A stretch of DNA of 64,000 nt from the NCBI GenBank assembly GCA_951406725.2, contig OX597826.1, positions 3,224,001 through 3,288,000 of the forward strand. The letters run 5' to 3'. The translations under genes and the position numbers were made by a program. Below are positions 1-12,680 of this stretch, piece after piece (the first letter of the stretch is position 1; each line of letters begins with the position of its first letter). The DNA comes from Octopus vulgaris. Taxonomy: Eukaryota. The notes beneath the pieces were generated by a model. It made no database searches. It was not told the DNA's origin and worked only from the letters and a program-made list of their open reading frames with translations.

Positions 1-573
1 GATTGAGATAAGAAAGCGTGAAAACAACAGAGATAGTAGAAAATCGAAATGAAAGACAAGAAAACGTAGAGATACATTAAAATATAAAAACGTGTTGAGT
101 TGAATGAATTCCTTCGAGTAATGAATTTAATAACTCCAGCCTATGAACTATGAGGAATGTGTCCGGATGGTTTCCGGGAATTATTTAAAATATCGACAAC
201 ATTGACACTTAATTAAAGCACAAATCCATTGATTCATACGATAGGGTTGCTAAAATCGATAAAATCGAATTAAATCGACAGCAGACGGCTAAATTTCTTA
301 ATGGACACGAATTTATTTGCATGTATTTTGTCCTTAATTGATTTAAAATAATATTATTTTAGTGACTGTTTTTTATCCCTTCATTATTGACAGTGTTATT
401 ATTTTTATTATAATTCTCCTTCTTATTATTAATGCCATTTTGTTATGGTGTTTCTGTTAGTTTTTCGTCTAAAATGTCTTTCCAAACATTTCACACAGAA
501 CAGAAAATCTTAAAGCCGAATAGGATAATTTAAGTCACCCAAAAAAAAAAGCTAACACACATGCACACGTATG

Positions 574-625
<52 letters not shown>

Positions 626-762
626 CATCTCTCTCTTTCCCTTTCTCAGTCAATCTATCTATACATACATACATATATACATATACATATATATTTTATA
701 TACACACACATATATATATGTGTGTATGTGTGTATGTATTTATATATACACATATATCAATA

Positions 763-827
<65 letters not shown>

Positions 828-1129
828 CGGAAGCAATATCTATATATATATATATATATATATATAATGCAACAAAAACAGAAAGTGAATCACATACATA
901 TACATGCACAATATATGCACATAAATACACACATGTTTACGCTTTCGCATATATTTCGGGGACTCAGAAGACACTGAATTAAATACAAAGAAAACCAAAC
1001 GTACGTGCATAACTTAACCGTTCACATAAACCGCTGATCTCACACATACAAAGAACGATGGAATAATAAAATTAAACTAAAAAATATAACACAAAATTTT
1101 AAATATACTGATTCATGAAGTACCGAAGC

Positions 1130-1510
1130 AACCGAAACGCATGAAGTATGAAACTTTTACGATATAACACCGACCAGATAATAGCGACACACAACACTCA
1201 CAATTATTTAATCTGGAATGTAGCATATGATATATAGCTGCCAACAGATTAAACAACAAGGAGTAGGATCTCCACTGCAGAACGAAGAGCAATTGAAACA
1301 GTTCAGAGAAGCAATTTCTATGAAGCAGCTTTCGATTATAACCCAGCAGTTTCTTCTGCAGATGACACTGGTGTTTCCATTGGTGCAATGAAAACTGATT
1401 TCATACGTTGTAAAGGAAGGAAGTGTCCAGGAGAAACACCTGCACTGCACTGCAGTGGTAGAAAGGATAAACTCCCTGCAATACACCAACCTCCAGAACC
1501 ATTGAACCAC
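1130..1510 (+). mobile_element. Helitron Rep/helicase N-terminal fragment (degenerate), copy 1
   Basis: Manual translation YEAAFDYNPAVSSADDTGVSIGAMKTDFIRCKGRKCPGETPALHCSGRKDKLPAIHQPPEPL fits the Helitron AF-Y...IG-M...CxxC...E...CC-G-V-LP...PPEPL region upstream of Rep; homologous to 2600-3140 on the opposite strand. Confidence 0.8.
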
Positions 1511-2125
1511 ATATATATTAGAGTGCGCATAAAGTTACTAAGACCAGATATTTAGGGCGATTACATTATATATAACATTTAACAGGCCGCGGGATTAAAA
1601 CAAGCCGCTATACTCATCGAGGGTCAGGATTAAATCTCACAATATACAATGATGTGACGTACAATGTACAGTAACGTGTAGGACGTTCAAACGGTTCTGG
1701 TAATACATTACATTGGTGGATGCAAACATTTAAAAGTCAATATATCCGCTTGCACTTTTTGTGTTGGTAAAACATTGCTTCATCGACGAGTGGCAACGGG
1801 CTCGACATATGAAATTTTGTGATTGAAAACTATACACATGTGCACAATTATATTTACGTGTGTGCGACACCATGATTGTATAATATATATATATATATAT
1901 ACGTCACCTCAGGCAGGAGAGGGGTACAATGATTTCCCTTTGTAAATACTGATCGTGACCAGACAGCGTGTCATTAGCTAGCTGGAGGAGATACCTTCCT
2001 GGGGCTATAAACAGTAGCTTCGTCTCGTATAAGTCAGCGACATTTAGGTGTCAAATATACTTTAAGATGTTGTGCTGCTACTGTTTAAATCTCGCTCAGA
2101 GATTTATCATTGCTATATATATATA

Positions 2126-2365
2126 CGTTTATATATTTGTTTTGCAAGGTTTTTGATGTGAAACAGATATTGTTGTATTTAGGAATGGTCATTTTGCCAG
2201 TTTTACCATTAAAAACACACGCACTATATATAGTCTGTGTGGCCGAAATAAGATTAAGATTAATGTAAAAAATAAATAACTCTGAAGCAAACTAACACCA
2301 AATATATAGTGCGTGTGTTTTTATTGGCTAAACTGGCAAAATGATCATTCCTAAATACAACAATA
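2126..2365. mobile_element. (TA)n-flanked fold-back element with the 3' half of a hammerhead-like motif
   Basis: Inverted arms 2167-2232 and 2303-2365 (~63 bp, few mismatches); (TA)n on both sides; spacer begins ...GGCC-GAAA-TAAGA-TTA; homologous to 58067-58185. Confidence 0.6.
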
Positions 2366-2599
2366 TATATATATATATATATATAACTCGCCCCGAGTTA
2401 AAGATGATAATGAAATTTCAAAACGCCATCTAGATTACATAAGTCTCAACTGCTAGTAGCCGAGATATCAAATTTCTATATTAATAACCCTCCATTCAAT
2501 GCCAGCATGAGACTTAGACGTTAAGTGAAATGTTAAAAGAAAGTTTACAACCCATATATGTATATAAAGTAAATATACGTATTTCAAAAACACATTCTG

Positions 2600-3140
2600 T
2601 GTAGCTTATTTCGTAATAAAAAAAAACAATACAGATTATAAACAATCAAAGGCCAATTTTGGTGATGCATTTGACAGAGGTAGTAGGGAGCCAATCTGAT
2701 GATAAATCTGACCTTGGAAGTTTGCATGAATCCTGATTCAGTTGAATCGCTTATGGCTCCAAATGATGTCATCTCTAGTGTAGCGTTGCATTGCCTAATT
2801 TTGTTGTGGACGTGCTTGGAATCTACTTTAGTTGATGACAGCAGTTTCTTGAATGGCTCTGGAGGTTGGGGATTGCACCAATGGAAACACCAGTGTCATC
2901 TGCAGAATGAACTGCTGAGTTATAATTGAAAATTGCTTCATAGAAGTTGCTTCTCTGATTTGCTGCAACTGCTCTTCGTTCTGCAGTGGAGATCCTATTC
3001 CTCGTCAGCCGTCTATAACTCTGTTCACCACATTCAGAGGCTCTGGTTTTGTAGTGCACAGTCTGTTTGTTTCTTCGCATGCTTCCCTTTCTGCAGCAGT
3101 CTCTATTTCCCTGAACAGAGACATGATTTTGACTGACCTT
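2600..3140 (-). mobile_element. Helitron Rep/helicase N-terminal fragment (degenerate), copy 2
   Basis: Minus strand with frameshifts: FYEAIFNYNSAVHSADDTGVSIGA...PEPFKKLL...SKHVHNKIRQCNATLEMTSFGA...GFMQTSKV/QIYHQIGSLLP, matching the Helitron IR-YN-FQMTSFGA...F-PTFK-QGQIYH-GSLLP motif. Confidence 0.85.
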
Positions 3141-3574
3141 CACATTGTAGACACGTTTGACAATTTCCTACTAAGTATGGTTATATACATATACAGAAAT
3201 ACACGGGTACAAAAGATAGTAAACAATACAAATAACTGGGTAACGAAAATTACGTCACTTCTCTCAGTAATTATGTATGAAATTACGTTCATTAGTAATT
3301 GTGAACAACTTTCTGTCAGTAATTTGTCGTTGTTGCTTGTAAATAGCGATTGAAAATTTACAGTGAAAACAATAGCGACTGAACTCAAAGTGAAAGCAAT
3401 ACCGTCTGAAAAATGAAAGTGAATACAATAGAGAGTGAGTTTGATATAGGGAGAGGGGAAAAGAGAACTAGCTAGTTAGACAAATAAGATAGAGAGCGAG
3501 AGAGATCGATAGAGAGATAGAGCAAGATACTGAAGCTAGAAAATGATTTTATGACCAATGGATGTTGAAGAACA

Positions 3575-3770
3575 TTTAGGCATCGAGCTAGCAGTTTTGT
3601 TACCTAACAGAACGAAACGCTTCGTGCCATTAATTTCAGCTTCGTATTTCGAGTTCAAATTCTGCCGAGGTCGAGAAAATACGTATATAAGTTGAGGGCT
3701 GGAGTCGATATATTCGATTATCTACCTCGCCCAAAATTTCAAGCCCTGTGCTTGTACAAGAAAATACTTT
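3575..3770 (+). mobile_element. degenerate copy of SINE type M
   Basis: gagctagcag...gagttcaaattctgccgaggtcga...ggagtcgat similar to the copy at 48556. Confidence 0.55.
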
Positions 3771-3795
3771 TAGCAAGCGACATAACAATTATGGT

Positions 3796-4042
3796 GGAGG
3801 TGCGTAGTTTAGTAGTTAGGGTGTCAGCATCATGATCGTAAGATTGTGGTTTCGATTCCTGTGCCAAGCGATGCGTTGTGTTCTTTAGCAAAACACTTCA
3901 TTTCACATGCTCCAGTCCACTCAGCTGGCAAAAATGAGTAAGGCTGCGATGGACTGGCGTCCGGTCCAGCTGGGGAGCACATACGCCATAGAAACCGGGA
4001 AACCGGCCCCATGAGCCTGGCTAGGCTTTAAAAGGGCACATT
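3796..4042 (+). mobile_element. tRNA-derived SINE, head B (CORE-like centre) + tail 1
   Basis: A-box-like tagtttagtag, B box gtttcgattcc; centre gtgttctttagcaaaacactt...ccagtccactcagctggcaaaaatgag; tail gactggcgtc...gaaaccgggaaaccgg...atgagcctggctaggc shared with 12412. Confidence 0.85.
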
Positions 4043-4827
4043 TATCATTTTTTTCTTTATTATAATAATTATGACATTTTCCTCAGCACAATATAAACAA
4101 CATGTTTAAACCGGGAATTGAAAACGCAACGTCATCTTTGAATTCTTTGTTGTCTGCTTTCTATTTCTTTTAACGTCCTTCATCACAATTTCCCTCCCAT
4201 AAACTTGTTTTATGGAAATTTCTTCTTAAACTCATTCTATACCGATTTCTAAGCTTCCATTGATTTTTGTGAAGAAATATATTTCACAAAAGAAAAACAA
4301 AGACGAGAAAAAAGTTATTTGTATAAAGGTGGATATAAGGATTAAGCTTGTTTTGTTCTCGTGTTATTTATAAATTCAGCGAAGACAACAACAACAACTT
4401 CCACCATCCTAAACAATTATCATCTTTATCTTATTTTAGAAATTTTAATTCAATTTCCAAGTCGTGGTATCATGCTAGATTATCACAGCTTTATATTTTT
4501 TAAATTCCTGCTTTTATTTTTATATTTTGTGAGCAATATGCGATATTCAAGTTATCTTCGTGTTTGCTTGTTTTTTCGCCCAAAGAGAAGCCCAAAGACA
4601 AGTGACGAAATGTATTTCAACAAAGACCATCCTGTCTGTTTCGAAAAATGTTGAGCTATATTCTTTAATGTTGTTGCTTTTATTTTTAACATAATAAGAT
4701 TGATTTATTCTGCAAATCAGCGTTTGTATAACGACCACGTAATGATTCGCTGTAAATATATTTGATACTACAAAATATTAGTGACTATATAGGTGTCTTT
4801 CGACTAACAATTTACTTTGCTGACATC

Positions 4828-5247
4828 AGGTTTTTATTTCTTTATTGTCCACAAGTGGCTAAACATAGAGGGGGACAAACAAGGACAGACAAAGGGATTA
4901 AATCAATTACATCGACCCCAGTGCGGAACTGGTACTTAATTTACTGATCCCGAAAGGATGTAAGCAAAGTCGACCTCGGCGGAATTGGAACTCAGAACGT
5001 AACAGCAGATGAAATACCTATTTCTTTATTGTCCACAAGGGGCTAAACACAGAGGGGACAAACAAGGACAGACAAACGGATTAAGACGATTATATCGACC
5101 CCAGTGCGTTACTGGTACTTATTTAATCGACCCCGAAACGATGAAAGGCAAAGTCAAACTCAGCGGAATTTGAACTCAGAACGTAACGGCAGACGAAATA
5201 CGGCTACGCATTTCACCCACTGCTAACGGTTCTGCAAGCTCGCCACA
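4828..5247 (-). mobile_element. SINE type M (Meta-domain-like centre), internally duplicated, 12-bp TSD
   Basis: Reverse strand ggcgagcttgcagaaccgttagca...gagttcaaattccgc...ttgcctttcatcgtttcggggtcgat...aagtaccag; 3' body repeated; TSD tttgctgacatc at 4816-4827 and 5248-5259. Confidence 0.9.
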
Positions 5248-5337
5248 TTTGCTGACATCCGTTTCTAATTCACATGTGATTGTTTATATTTCTATGATAA
5301 GCGTTTAAATTTTCACTGCTTTAATTTTAACAAGAGT

Positions 5338-5635
5338 GGAGGCACATGGCCTTGTGGCTAGAGCAGCGGACTCGCGGTGGAGGGATCGCGGGTTCGAATC
5401 TCAGACTGGGCGATGTGCGTGTTTCTCAGCGAAGCACCTAACATCCAGGCGGCTCCGGTAGAAGGTAATGGCGAAACTTCTGTTGACTCTTTCGCCACAA
5501 CTTTCTCTCACTCTTTCCTACTGCATATTGCAGCTCACCTGCGACGGACAGGCGTCCCGTCTAGGTGGGGAACCTATACGCCAAGGAAACCGGGAAAGCG
5601 GCCCTTATGAGCCAGATATGGCTCGAGAAGGAACA
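5338..5635 (+). mobile_element. tRNA(Arg-like)-derived SINE, head A + tail 1 variant
   Basis: ggaggcacatggccttgtggctagagcagcggactcgcgg...gggttcgaatc; centre ctttcgccacaactttctctcactc; tail gacggacaggcgtcccgtc...gaaaccgggaaagcgg. Confidence 0.85.
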
Positions 5636-5967
5636 AACAATTTCTATTTGGTATGTTTCGCATTTGGTTGAAATTTGTCGCTTCATTGTTTCCAGAGTCG
5701 AACAATATATTTTACCGATGAAACTGCAATTGCAACTGAAATTGTTAGTGCAATTGTTACTGTAAATCTCATACAAATAAACATCGTAAGCCCGCAAATT
5801 ACAGATGAGGCCAAAGATGATATGCATGGAATTATCGCAGCACCGACCGAAATAAAAGCAAGATTTGGGAGTCAGAGAAGCTTTAGTCCCCGAAAAGAGC
5901 AAGATATTATTCTTTAAAATTCTTTACATATAATTTCTGCTTTCTCTACATCTCTCGCCCCCCCACC

Positions 5968-6004
<37 letters not shown>

Positions 6005-6126
6005 AATATACGTATACATATATATGTATATACATACACATATGTATATATACGTATATGTGAATATATACATATATATACGTATCTGTGTATATATGTA
6101 CATATACATATATATCTATATATAAA

Positions 6127-6178
<52 letters not shown>

Positions 6179-6579
6179 GGTGTGTGGATATGCGTGTGTA
6201 TGCGTGTGTGTGGGTATGTCTGTGTGTAGGTGTGTGTGTGTGTGTGTGTGTGTGTGCATATGTATATAAATATATGTCCGTGAATGTCTTTGTAAATTTC
6301 TGAAAAGCATTTCAGAAACAGAATATTAAGTTCTTATTTAGCTTTTCATTTAATATGTCCAGCAAGATGAAATTCTGACAAAAGATGTAGTTATGAGACT
6401 TCAATAATATATATCGTTAAGTAGAATAGATAAAGTGTCATTATGATACGATGTTAAAGTGACAGCTTGTGATTTTTTAGCGTTGTTATAATTAGCGTCT
6501 ATTTTTCCCTCAACACAATCTTTGCCTATTCATCTAATTGTCATTGCCTGTCGTTCCACTGAAAGTATGTGTTGTCAAT

Positions 6580-6628
<49 letters not shown>

Positions 6629-6704
6629 CGCCAACACATACACACAAATATACAGACAGAAACATAATGTATATATATATATGTGTGTATGTACATACAC
6701 ACAC

Positions 6705-6742
<38 letters not shown>

Positions 6743-6782
6743 ATAATTTAAACATGTATATTTGTATAAAGTTATATATATG

Positions 6783-6863
<81 letters not shown>

Positions 6864-7629
6864 CACTTTAGGACTTTTATACTCACTTATTTTAGTTGAA
6901 TTTGCATGTTTCAAGACAGTGAACTTTCTGAAATTCAACTGAGAAACAGCCTACGCCAGTGTTGTACGCAGAAAATGCTGTCACCACAAAGAATAATCTC
7001 TGATATAACGACAGCCATAAAGGACCATGGTTCAGCAGTATATCGAACCACAAGCAAAGCCTATAAATTTGTTGGAGCTCCTAATACAACTCTGGAGATG
7101 GACTGTTTTGCTGTTAATATCATGCCTGCTAATGAGGATAGCTTTCTTGTCACCGGATAATAATAGTGTTGGTGTGTTTTTATCCGATTTCACCTACAAA
7201 GTTTATCATATGCTCTTTGACATTATTATATTTCAGTTTTGGATGTATATCAAAATTAATTACACGCGAGCAACGTGCGCTGACGCACACACACACGCAC
7301 ACACACACACTCTCTCTCTCTCTCACACACACGCGTACGTTCAAATAATAACAGTCGTGAATATAAGTCTGTGTTATTCTCCGTTCTGCAACATTATGCA
7401 TATTAATATATTTTCATTTCTTTTCTTTTTATTAAAACATGTTTTTCGCTTCAAAATTAAATGTTTTCATTCTTCCGTGAAAAGTAATCAATCAGAAATT
7501 TGCAACAATTTTTTTTACTTTGGCTGTTCTCAAATTCTCGCATTCCATTCAAATGACCGCACACATGCTCACGCATACATATATACAAACATATATACAT
7601 ACATATACATACATACACCTGTAGATACG

Positions 7630-7664
<35 letters not shown>

Positions 7665-7775
7665 GTACGCATGAAAACATGCGCAGACATACACACACAA
7701 ATATATATATAATCATATATAAATATATATTTATGTGTGTGTGCATGTTTGCGTTTGTATACATGCACATGTGTG

Positions 7776-7826
<51 letters not shown>

Positions 7827-8249
7827 TGTGTGTTACATGCTTCTTTCGGCTACTGTCTACAAAATCCACTCACAAACCTTTGGCCGTACCGTGCTTGCAG
7901 ACAAGATGAACCGAGATGTGTATGGATATGTACCCGCTTCGATGACAAATCCTAAGCTCCATTTACTGGATTCACAGTTATTGTGAGATAATAAAAAAAT
8001 AACTGAACATTCTAAAAACACTTGTAGATATTTAGCAGACACTTATACCTGTGTCATTTATACTAGTAGTTATTCCATCGACACTTGTGGCCTTATCTGC
8101 ATGGTTTGTGTTAACCAGGGTATACTTTTAAATGACTGCTGTCGTCATTTAAAGAAGGATCGAGAAGTCCAAAAGTAAAGTACTTTTAAATAGTGCGACG
8201 CAGATGGAACGAAATCGGGAATCCTTGACTGGGAACATTAGCAGATGTT

Positions 8250-8543
8250 GAAGGCGCGTGGCTTAGTGGTTAGGGGCATTCGGCTCATGATCGTAACGTG
8301 GTGAGTTCAATTACCGGCAGCGCGTTGTGTCCTTGAGCAAGACACTTTATTTTACGTTGCTCCAGTCCACTCAGCTGGCAGAAAATGAGCAGTACCTGTA
8401 TTTCAAAGGACCAGCCCTTGTCACACTCTGTGTCACGCTAAAAATCTCCCCGAGAACTACGTTAAGGGTACACGTGTCTGTGGAGTGCTCAGCCACTTAC
8501 ACGTTAATTTCACGAACAGGCTGTTCCGTTGATCGTATTAGCT
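8250..8543 (+). mobile_element. tRNA-derived SINE, head B + tail 2
   Basis: ggcgcgtggcttagtggttag...gagttcaatt; gtgtccttgagcaagacacttt; tail cttgtcacactctgtgtcacgct...gagaactacgttaagggtacacgtgtctgtgg. Confidence 0.9.
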
Positions 8544-8697
8544 GGGCCAGTGTTCAGGGCAGCGGTCTCGCGGTCGTGGGATCGCAGTTTCAATTCCCAA
8601 GCAGGGCGGTGTGAATTTTTTTTATTGAGCGAAAACACATAAATCTTGATGAGACTCTAGTAGGGGTTGTGAACCCTGATGTATACTTTCACCACAA

Positions 8698-8750
<53 letters not shown>

Positions 8751-8945
8751 CCTGTTTCAGTTGTACCTTTATTTCAAACGAGCCAGCCTTGTCACACTAT
8801 GTGTCACACTGAATCTCCCCGAGAACTACGTTAAGGGTACACGTGTTTGTGGAGTGCTCAGCCGCTTCCATGTTAATTTCACGAGCAAGCTGTTCCGTTG
8901 ATCGTATCAGCTGGGACCCTCCTCGTCGCAACCGACGGTGTGCTC
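8544..8945 (+). mobile_element. tRNA-derived SINE, head A + tail 2, abutting the previous SINE
   Basis: ccagtgttcagggcagcggtctcgcggtcg...gagcgaaaacac...caccacaactttctc(TC)n then tail 2 ending accgacggtgtgc. Confidence 0.9.
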
Positions 8946-9669
8946 CTTCAGCATTCGGCCATGCTGTACATACTATAAACTTTAAGCATAACATAGTGTT
9001 GTATATGAAGACACAAACCTAAATATCATGAAATCTTTAGTTAGAAAATGGCCTAGAGGTATCATAAATATAAACTCTACCACATATTTACAACTTCAAA
9101 TTGTCTAGATATTGAATCAATTACAATAGCTGCAAATTCTTCATAGTATTCTTATAATTTCTTCGAAATATGTCTACATACTTGACACAAGACAAAATAA
9201 ATTCTTCTCAAATGCTTCCAACAACATTACACTGGTTGCAAACTCAATTTCATGAAACATATTTATGTTTTCGAGAAGGTTATGTCTTGAAAACAACATA
9301 CTGTCTGTCTGCAACCTATAAAAATTGACTGGCTGGTCTCAAACATGTTTCGAAGCGTGAAATTGCACGCATAGCTTTCTAACGATGACAAGAAGTTATA
9401 TTTTACAGAAACACTATATATGAGTTAAACATATTAATTTTCTTCAGAATACTTATTTTTTTTAGTACTCATACTGTGTTAGTATAATAGTGTATATTTT
9501 AACAATAGTCTGCGTATACGGGGAGATACATGAAAGCACTTTCTAATAATGTTGCTATAGAATATTACGAAAAGATTTCAACAAAGGAATCGTAGAAATA
9601 ATCTTGTAAAATGAAAGTAACTTTGTGTAAATAATTAATGATGCAATACACCATCCACCACAGTAGCTG

Positions 9670-9746
<77 letters not shown>

Positions 9747-9747
9747 C

Positions 9748-10104
9748 TCGCTCTCTTTTGTTTGTCATTTGACTGCAGCCGTGTTGGAGCACCTCATTTA
9801 GTCGAGCAAATCGATCGGAGGACTTATTCTATCGGTCTCTTTTGTCGATCCGCTAGGTTACGGAGATGTAAACACACCAGCACCGGTTATCAAGCGATGT
9901 TGTGAGGACAATCACAGACACGCAAACACACACACACACACACACACACATACACACACACAAATATATATTTATATATATATATATACACATATATACG
10001 ACGGGCTTCTTTCAGTTTCCGCCTACCAAATCCACTCACAAGGCTTTGGTCGACCCGAAGCTATAGTAGAAGCCCAAGCTGCTTCGCAGTAGGATTGATC
10101 CCGA
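9748..10104 (-). mobile_element. SINE type T (internal TA/CA microsatellite)
   Basis: Reverse complement of the family at 44420 and 62431 (acgacgggcttctttcagtttccg...ccaaatccactcacaaggctttggtcg). Confidence 0.85.
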
Positions 10105-10734
10105 TATATATATATGTATGTATTTATCAGTCCAATAGAGAACATATACCATTGTGTAATTGTTTCGTCCCCAATCAACCTACAAAGAGCAAATTAAGTA
10201 CTACAGGAGTATTTGGTCTTCTGTTCTTCCGGTTCAATATTGTTCGCTAATAATTTTTAAAAGAATGCAGGTTGCGATTTTAAATATATGTGACTGCAAG
10301 TTTTACAAGGACTCGCAGGGATAAACACAGGCATATCACTTCCTTAGCTGATTTAATATACCTTTTGCAGGTGAATATCGTTAATCGTTCACTTGGTCAT
10401 CTATTGTTTAAATGGTTAAATATGTTATAAAACTATTTCTTAAGTAGAATCGTATAAAGCTTCGTATCTCAATTTAGATTCCGTTCCACTAAATGCATTC
10501 AATATTTCGAAATGTGTTCACAAAATATAAAACAGTTCTTGCAATTAAATTGATAATGGCGTACATGTTATGCATGAATAATGCGTAGATATTTACATGT
10601 ATAACTTACTGGGGTTTTTTTTCTCTGACATGATGCGCTGCTAAATATCAAGTACTGCAACCTCCAAGTTTAGACATTTGAAAGCCTTATTGTGTTGTGT
10701 TACAGTTTCCATCTACCAACAGATGAGTATAAGT

Positions 10735-11053
10735 GAGGGCGCGTGGCTTAGTGGTTAGGGCATTCGGCTCATGATCGTAAGGTTGTGAGTTCGATTCCCG
10801 GCGACGCGTTGTGTTCTTGAGCAAGACACTTTGTTTCACGTTGCTCCAGTCCACTCAGCTGGTAAAAATGAGTTGTACCTGTATTACAAAGGGTCCACCC
10901 TTGTCACACTCTGTGTCACGCTGAATCTCCCTGAGAACTACGTTAGGGGTACACGTGTCTGTGGAATACTCAGCCATTTGCACGTTAATTTCACGAGCAA
11001 GCTGTTCCGTTGATCGTATCAGCTGGGACTCTCGTCGTCGTAACCGACGGAGT
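10735..11053 (+). mobile_element. tRNA-derived SINE, head B + tail 2 (near full length)
   Basis: gggcgcgtggcttagtggttagggcattcggctcatgatcg...gagttcgattccc; CORE-like centre; tail 2 to taaccgacggagt. Confidence 0.9.
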
Positions 11054-11089
11054 TATATTTATATTTATATTTATATTTAAATTTATATT

Positions 11090-11465
11090 TTTCACCGGAA
11101 TGGTTCAATACTGAATTTTTATTCCGAGTAAGCAATTTGTTACCGAAATACATTGCGAATAAGCCTGCCATTTTCATAGATATGTAAAGATAAACATTCG
11201 TACATGCTACGACGAATTCTACGGTTGGCAATCGAGCTTGTAACGTTATGTTTTTTCTTATATATCTTGAGTTTGTTGCACTGATGAACATGAAATGCAT
11301 ATTCTGCATTAATTGCGAAATCACAGGTGATATGTAACTAAATTCTTTTTTTAAATGATTTGCTTTGAAGTTTTGCATTCGGCAAAATTTTGTTTATTTT
11401 AGTAGTTTTGACCGCATTGGTCCCTCTTTAGCGTGTGGTATCTACGAATAGTAGTACCCTCAATA
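11090..11465 (+). mobile_element. hammerhead-bearing non-autonomous element (Penelope-like pLTR remnant)
   Basis: Contains HHR 11269-11345; ends in a TA-rich tract; 3' 75 nt are homologous to the reverse complement of 32235-32308. Confidence 0.6.
11269..11345 (+). ncRNA. type I hammerhead ribozyme
   Basis: gagtttGTTGCA-CTGATGA-stem II (aATGCA/TGCATt, basal pair A.C)-GAAA-TCAC ag GTGA-TA|TGTAACtaaattc; canonical core, 6-bp stem I with extension, AUA triplet. Confidence 0.75.
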
Positions 11466-12411
11466 TAATATAAATAAATATATATATATATATGTGTGTG
11501 TGTGATGTGTGTGTGTGTGTGTGTGTGAGTGTCTGTGTGTGTATGTGTGTGTGAGTAAATTTATATGTACATATATATATATATTCATATACACACCAAT
11601 ACATATACTTATAAATATACATATGCGAAAATTTGATAATTTTGTAAATAATAGTAACGATACTTTTTTATAAGCATGAAGCTTATAAGCAATGACCGTG
11701 TATTGACCAAAGAAAATAGTCTACTGTAGGGGCATCTAAGACCTCGATGAGAAAAAATTTTGAGCTTCCACTATGCGGGAACACGAACCCACACTCTGTC
11801 TTTTCGCGATAAGTCTGCTACAATTACACCAACACACAAAAACTTATTTGCGTCAGATTTAAGGACTATAATTTCATCTTTTTATAAAGAAACTATGTGT
11901 GTTTTCTGCAATGTTCTCTTGGCGGTGCTGTGTTTTAACAATTCTAGAATAATACATATATGTATTAAAACAGAAAAGATAAAGATTCATTTGGATTTCT
12001 CCTCCTATTCTAGATTTAATGAACACCAATAATTATCATTGATACAGAATATCTTCCCACCATTTCATATGTTGAACCTACCGCTCTCCATTGATTGAAT
12101 TCTCAGCCTATAGAATCCTCACTCAACACGATGTTCCAATAGCTAGGATATTCTAGAAACACCTAAACGTTTTATTATTTACTATATAGCAAAATTAAAT
12201 GAATTTGTCACATCTTGCCAAACTGTAAGCCTTTTTCTTTTCTTCTTTTCTACTGGCTCAACAGGAAGTAACTTCTAGCCGCTTTAGAAAAGCAGTTATG
12301 AAATCACAAAATCACAAAGTGTGTTCAAATTGCTGGAACCTTTGGAATGTTTAATTTAATGGAACAATTTCATAAAGATCTATAAATTCGCTTATACGAT
12401 TTGTCAATAAT

Positions 12412-12680
12412 GGAGGCGCAATGGCCCCGTGGTTAAGTTTCGATTGCCAGACCGGGCTCTATGTGTTTATTGAGCGAAAACACCTAAAATCTTCACGAGG
12501 CTCCGGCAGGAGGTGGTGACGACCGCTGTTGTACTCTTTCGCCACAATTTTCTCTCACACTCTCTTCCTGTTTCTTGAGTAACGCTGGTATGGACTGGCG
12601 TCCCATCCAGCTGGGGGGAACATATACGCCACAGAAACCGGGAAACCGGGCCCATGAGCCTGGCTAGGCTTGAAAAGGTC
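12412..12680 (+). mobile_element. tRNA-derived SINE, head A (internal deletion) + tail 1
   Basis: ggaggcgcaatggccccgtggttaag^tttcgatt...; tail ggactggcgtcccatccagctgggg...gaaaccgggaaaccgggcccatgagcctggctaggc. Confidence 0.9.

Noticed and set aside
242-541. Possible hAT-like MITE (tagggttgct... / ...aagtcaccc)
   Set aside because: Termini match poorly and no TSD
561-982. YI/HT/CV-rich ORFs here and throughout the ORF track
   Set aside because: Stop-free frames of (TA)n/(CA)n microsatellites; no coding signal
4585-4657. Hammerhead-like TTTC-GAAA-AATG-TT-GAGCT
   Set aside because: No CUGANGA core or consistent stem II
6887-7195. Non-repetitive coding-like island with ORFs on both strands
   Set aside because: No recognisable protein; splice-like signals on both strands are ambiguous
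9335-9395. Minus-strand GCGTG/CACGC hairpin + GAAA + AACATGTT palindrome
   Set aside because: Core unrecognisable; at most a very old remnant
10360-10376. AG|GT recursive-splice-like sites (also near 21540 and 50642)
   Set aside because: Expected by chance and no host intron established
11762-11836. tRNA-like sequence on the minus strand (also 63786-63850)
   Set aside because: B box only, no cloverleaf; probably old SINE heads, not tRNA genes
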